DNA of 64,000 nucleotides from Perkinsus olseni (Eukaryota): NCBI GenBank assembly GCA_013115125.1, contig JABANN010000060.1, positions 1 to 64,000 of the forward strand, read 5' to 3'. Shown piece by piece: positions 59,964 to 64,000 of this stretch (position 1 is its first letter; each line of letters starts with the position of its first letter). The notes under the pieces were generated by a model. It saw only the letters and a program-made list of their open reading frames with translations, ran no database searches and was not told where the DNA came from. The position numbers and the translations under genes were made by a program.

Positions 59964-62732
59964 ATGCCAGGGAGCAAAGTTATCATGTTCAATCTGGCGG
60001 CGGTTGCCGCTGCTGCTCCCTTCCTCGCTAAGCAGCAGTCGGAGGGCGGCAAAGTTTCTATCACTATCGCTACTACGAACGATGTTTACTCTATGTACGC
60101 CCGACCGATGTCTGGCAATGGTTACTACTTCGAGGGTACTCCTTCCGAGCAGTTCTACTCCATCTGTGAAGAGGATGCTGATACTTGTTACGGCACGGCT
60201 GGCGCGATGGACTTGCCCGAGGCGTCTGTAGATAAACTTTATAATATCAATCTGTCGGCTAGTGGTGGTAAGGTGATGACCATGGAAGACAGCGGCTGCG
60301 TTGATCCCTCCAAGTTCGACGACATGGTCCGTGACCCCGCTTCCGCTTGGGGAAACACGGCCCAGATGGCAGGCACCTACAAGTACCTCGGCCTCACTGC
60401 CGACACCGACGAGTATATCAGCATGCTGCCCGGTGATTTCGTGGCCATGTCTTACCTGTCATCCATCACCTACGGTCAGCACATGGTGGACATGATGAAC
60501 GCTGGTGAGGTCGACCTGGTCGCCTTCGGTGATCATGAATTCCAGTTCAAGAATAAGTGCCCTCCTGCAGACTTGGAAAACCATCCCGAATACAACGATG
60601 TCTGCCTGTCTTGGAATATGGCTACTGGTAACTTCCTTTACCTCGGAAGCAATGTTTTCGAGGATGCTGAGAAGACGAGACTCTATGGTTCGACCCTCAA
60701 GGTTGCTGATGAGATCTCTTTCGTCAATGCTACCGTCCCCAAGAACAAGAAGGTGTTCGACGAGGAGACCAGCTACTATGCCCCCTCTGGGAACTACTGG
60801 TTCAAAATGGTCGAGGACAAGAAGGTCTGCTTCACCGGTACCACCGAGGCTTCTGCTGACCGCCCTATTATCGGCAGTAATAACGTGTGGCTTTCCGACG
60901 AGTATGAGGCCGGGGTGAAGGCTACTCGTGAGATGAACGAGGATGGCTGTAATTTGGTTATCGTCCTCACCCATCAGCGTGAGGGTTATGATGTTCTCTT
61001 CTGGAGGAAGGCGGTTGTGGAGGAGGGTATCAAGATCGATGCTATCATTGGAGGTCATGATCACTTCCCGGCCTTCTTGAATCTGCAACATCCCACTAAG
61101 CCTGATATCATTACTCCTGTGTGGAAGATGGGTATGGATGGTCAGATGCTCGGCAAGTTCGTCTTCGACTTCGATGATCAGCATCCCAACGGAAAGCTTC
61201 GCTTCGCTCATGCTATCCCGGTTTTCGATGGTCAGTGCGACAAGCACTTCATCGGTACCGCCAACGAGGAGTGGTGGAAGAATAATGTCATGCAGACCTG
61301 GACACACTGGGTACAGCCTATCAAGCCTCTCCAGGACACCGACATGACCAATTTGCTCTTCGCTGGTTTGTACAACACTGCCGATATCCGTTCCACCGAG
61401 TCGCGCGTCGGCAACATGCTGGCCGATCTGTTCCTCCGTAACATGTCAGCTCACTTTGCAGCTCTCGATGGTGGCAACATCCGTTATGGTTTGAGTCAGA
61501 ACTTCACCGACCGTATCCCCCTCACCGAGTTGGACTTGTATGAAGAGAATCCCTTCCTTGATGGTATGCTGTCTTACGACATGTCCTTGATGGAGCTCTT
61601 CGGCTATATGATCTACTCTGCGCCTATCGCCATGGGTGGTCCCAATGCTCCTCGCCCGGTGACCTCTGGTTTTGAGATTGAGATGGATCCTACTACTACT
61701 GAGCATGGTGGTGTGAAGTTCATTCGCTTCACCGGCACGAGTCACATGGCGGGTATCGTCAACCGTACCCAAACTGAGTGTGGTCACCCCACTTTGAAGT
61801 GTGGTGAGATCATTTGGAATGCTGAGGAGGGCTGGAAGGTCGATCCCTTCACTATGATCATTGTCACCGCCCCTGACTACAACGCCCGTTTCTCACCCGA
61901 TGATTCTCCTCCTCTCCGCAGGTCGTACTACCTCACTCAGATGTCTGACCTCTGCAGGCGCGGTGCTGAGAGCTACGCCATCGACCTCAACGGAGAGTCC
62001 ACCTCGTTCGCCTGCCCTCCTGGCCCCGACTTCTTCGAGTACTTGAATGAGAAGTTGCCCTGGACTGACTGCGGCTACGTCGACGGTGGCTCCACTACTA
62101 CTCCCAGTCCGATGCCCACCACCCCAGCCCCTACTCCTAGTACCACGACTGGGTCCTCTCGTCCCCATTACACTGCGGAGTCCATTCGGGCCGCCGACGT
62201 CTTCTGTGGCAAGAAGGCCTCCGGTTCTTACTGCAAGTACTGGCAATCGGTGGAGGGTCAATTGTGTCACGGCACCGATATATCTTGCAGTAGCCTGTTG
62301 GTTGAGGGGCGGAGGTTGACCGTCTCCGATGCCGACTCCGAGACTTGCTGGGCTCGTCTCGGTTCTACCATCGCTGAGAGATCGGTTCATGTCTGGACTG
62401 ATGAGGCCGTCACCCCCAAGGGCGTTGAAGTCATCGATACAACTACTCCAATGGCTGATGGTTCCGCTGGCGCCGCTCTGCTCCTTCCTAAGCCGTGGTA
62501 CGTCGGTGGTGAGCACCCCGAGGACTTGGAGGCCTATGGCATCTACGACCCTGATGTTGAATCCATGAAGATGGCCAATCTTCCAGTTCGCCGTTGGTTG
62601 GAGAAGACCCCCGCTGCCGCTCCTCCGTCCTCCTTCGTTCTGGCGTCTTTCGGCGAGGCTCCGAAGAAGACTGTTGGTCAGTTCTATGGACCGAAGGTCA
62701 ATCCTCGCACCATCCTCGCTCTACATCAGTAG
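59964..62732 (+). CDS. Secreted 5'-nucleotidase/apyrase-family metallophosphoesterase with mucin-like and Cys-rich C-terminal extension, single exon
   Basis: Signal-like N-terminus; TTNDVY, PGDF, AFGDHEF, IVLTH, IIGGHDH; C-domain IRSTESRVGNMLAD, DGGNIR, DLYEENPF; P/T-rich linker; FCGKKASGSYCKYWQ...CHGTDISC. Confidence 0.88.
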   Translation: MPGSKVIMFNLAAVAAAAPFLAKQQSEGGKVSITIATTNDVYSMYARPMSGNGYYFEGTPSEQFYSICEEDADTCYGTAGAMDLPEASVDKLYNINLSASGGKVMTMEDSGCVDPSKFDDMVRDPASAWGNTAQMAGTYKYLGLTADTDEYISMLPGDFVAMSYLSSITYGQHMVDMMNAGEVDLVAFGDHEFQFKNKCPPADLENHPEYNDVCLSWNMATGNFLYLGSNVFEDAEKTRLYGSTLKVADEISFVNATVPKNKKVFDEETSYYAPSGNYWFKMVEDKKVCFTGTTEASADRPIIGSNNVWLSDEYEAGVKATREMNEDGCNLVIVLTHQREGYDVLFWRKAVVEEGIKIDAIIGGHDHFPAFLNLQHPTKPDIITPVWKMGMDGQMLGKFVFDFDDQHPNGKLRFAHAIPVFDGQCDKHFIGTANEEWWKNNVMQTWTHWVQPIKPLQDTDMTNLLFAGLYNTADIRSTESRVGNMLADLFLRNMSAHFAALDGGNIRYGLSQNFTDRIPLTELDLYEENPFLDGMLSYDMSLMELFGYMIYSAPIAMGGPNAPRPVTSGFEIEMDPTTTEHGGVKFIRFTGTSHMAGIVNRTQTECGHPTLKCGEIIWNAEEGWKVDPFTMIIVTAPDYNARFSPDDSPPLRRSYYLTQMSDLCRRGAESYAIDLNGESTSFACPPGPDFFEYLNEKLPWTDCGYVDGGSTTTPSPMPTTPAPTPSTTTGSSRPHYTAESIRAADVFCGKKASGSYCKYWQSVEGQLCHGTDISCSSLLVEGRRLTVSDADSETCWARLGSTIAERSVHVWTDEAVTPKGVEVIDTTTPMADGSAGAALLLPKPWYVGGEHPEDLEAYGIYDPDVESMKMANLPVRRWLEKTPAAAPPSSFVLASFGEAPKKTVGQFYGPKVNPRTILALHQ

Positions 62733-63099
62733 ACAAATTGTATAGTGAGAAGCTCCGGAGCGCCATCGAGGTGCTGGAGCTCGCTACAATGAGCCTTGTA
62801 TATAGATGGCAATGATTGCCTGTATCTTCGTCTTTTGATACGTTCGTTGTCTATCCTCTTCCGTTGTGCTATATCCTATTTTGTCTTGCTATACGGTTCC
62901 TCACTGTGTGCTATATCAGCACGCGAAAAAGCGATTTTCCAGCTTAGCTGTGTCGAGTTGTTAGTAGTGAGCGAAGCGATACTACCGCAGCGGTAGGGAA
63001 TCATCACTATATAGAACACAACATCATCGCATCGGAGGGTAGGAAATAGTAACAGCAAGTGGGGGCTAGTGGACAACTATCAAACACTCTTCGATTCAA

Positions 63100-64000
63100 T
63101 CATCTCATTCGACGTCTTTGATGCTCTCGCATTTCGGTTTCAGTGACTGGGGTCTCACTAACCTCCTTCCTCTTCATACGTTTTGCCCGATCTCGAAGTT
63201 TCTTCTCATCGGATACGAGCATTATTTTCGACTCAGTATCCGAAGGTCGCTTCTCGACGATCTCCTTAGGGACACTCTGGTAGAGCTCCGGGTCAGCCAG
63301 GGTGATCGAGTACTGACTGGGCTTGTAGTCCACCCGCTTCTCTTGTATATTCGAGAAGAAGTCGGTGAGAACTGTCTGGATGCCCGGGCAATCTCCGGCA
63401 GCGTTCTTGACCAGGACCACAGCATAGTCGGCGTCAGGGTTCTGAGCGACGGCAAGCTCATTCCGGGACATCTCAAATTTGATGGTGCCCTCAGACCGCA
63501 ACGTCCCCTTCACTTCAAGCCGAACCCAGCGGGGCCCGTCCTCCCTCGGCTTAGAGAAGACACCTTTGGTATCGAGAAACTCGAAGTCATACCCGAGCCG
63601 ATCGTCCAGGCCCTCCCGGCCATGTTCGGGATAGCAAGCAGTTCTTGCACTGGTCTTCCACCAGTCGAGCGAGAACTCATCACCATAGATCTCCTGGAGA
63701 GTGTGAGCCACGAAAAGCTCCGCCAGGATACCCGCGTCCTCCAGCTTGCCCTTTATAGCGGAGTCGAAGACCATTCGCAGACCATTGCCAGAATGACGTT
63801 GGTTCCGATAGAAGCGACCTTGAGGTGCTCTCAGTGGATGGTAGGAGCTACTCCGCGGAGCACCGGAGCTCGAGGACACAGCTCCGGCGCTGGGGAGGTC
63901 CTCGGCGGCGGAACCCGACGACAAAGATTCGGGAGAAGACGACATTCGGTGGAACCTGAGCGGACTAAGGTACCCTCCAACTACTTCCAACACGAAGCAA
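63100..64000 (-). CDS. 3' part of a NO VEIN C-terminal (DUF3883) PD-(D/E)xK-like domain protein
   Basis: GILAELFV...W...LGYDFEF...RLEVKGT...FEMSRNEL...YAVVLV. The 5' end probably lies outside the window. Confidence 0.8.
   Translation of the reverse strand, partial: CFVLEVVGGYLSPLRFHRMSSSPESLSSGSAAEDLPSAGAVSSSSGAPRSSSYHPLRAPQGRFYRNQRHSGNGLRMVFDSAIKGKLEDAGILAELFVAHTLQEIYGDEFSLDWWKTSARTACYPEHGREGLDDRLGYDFEFLDTKGVFSKPREDGPRWVRLEVKGTLRSEGTIKFEMSRNELAVAQNPDADYAVVLVKNAAGDCPGIQTVLTDFFSNIQEKRVDYKPSQYSITLADPELYQSVPKEIVEKRPSDTESKIMLVSDEKKLRDRAKRMKRKEVSETPVTETEMREHQRRRMR

Noticed and set aside
60459-62516. Long minus-strand ORFs (282 aa, 207 aa) opposite the nucleotidase
   Set aside because: Antisense shadows attributable to codon bias; no independent motifs.

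Overview
Gene-dense eukaryotic DNA with many short GT-AG introns, so the supplied ORF track shows mostly single exons or antisense shadow ORFs. I rebuilt gene models by joining exons by eye; spans include introns and some ends are approximate. Intron style, gene content and a Cys-rich module suggest an alveolate, probably a Perkinsus species (inference). Recognised genes: a secreted protein with an upstream pseudogene copy, a two-CW-zinc-finger protein, an STPG/ODF3-type protein, a ~10.5 kb gene for a multi-pass membrane protein with about 7 discoidin-like repeats, a C2/MCTP-like protein, a PNUTS-like PP1 regulator, DNAI7/CASC1, an FHA coiled-coil protein, an OXLD1-like protein, a TBC-like protein, LAS1, an SFI1-like protein, a WW/B-box CEP164-like protein, a NEK kinase, an organellar EF-P-like protein, a secreted 5'-nucleotidase-family protein and a partial NOV_C/DUF3883 protein. 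The standout is one spliced gene (49687-55858, minus strand) encoding eight tandem truncated (2/2) hemoglobin domains. They are arranged as four A-B pairs with systematically different distal-pocket residues, and a Mutator-like MITE sits about 40 bp upstream of the start codon.
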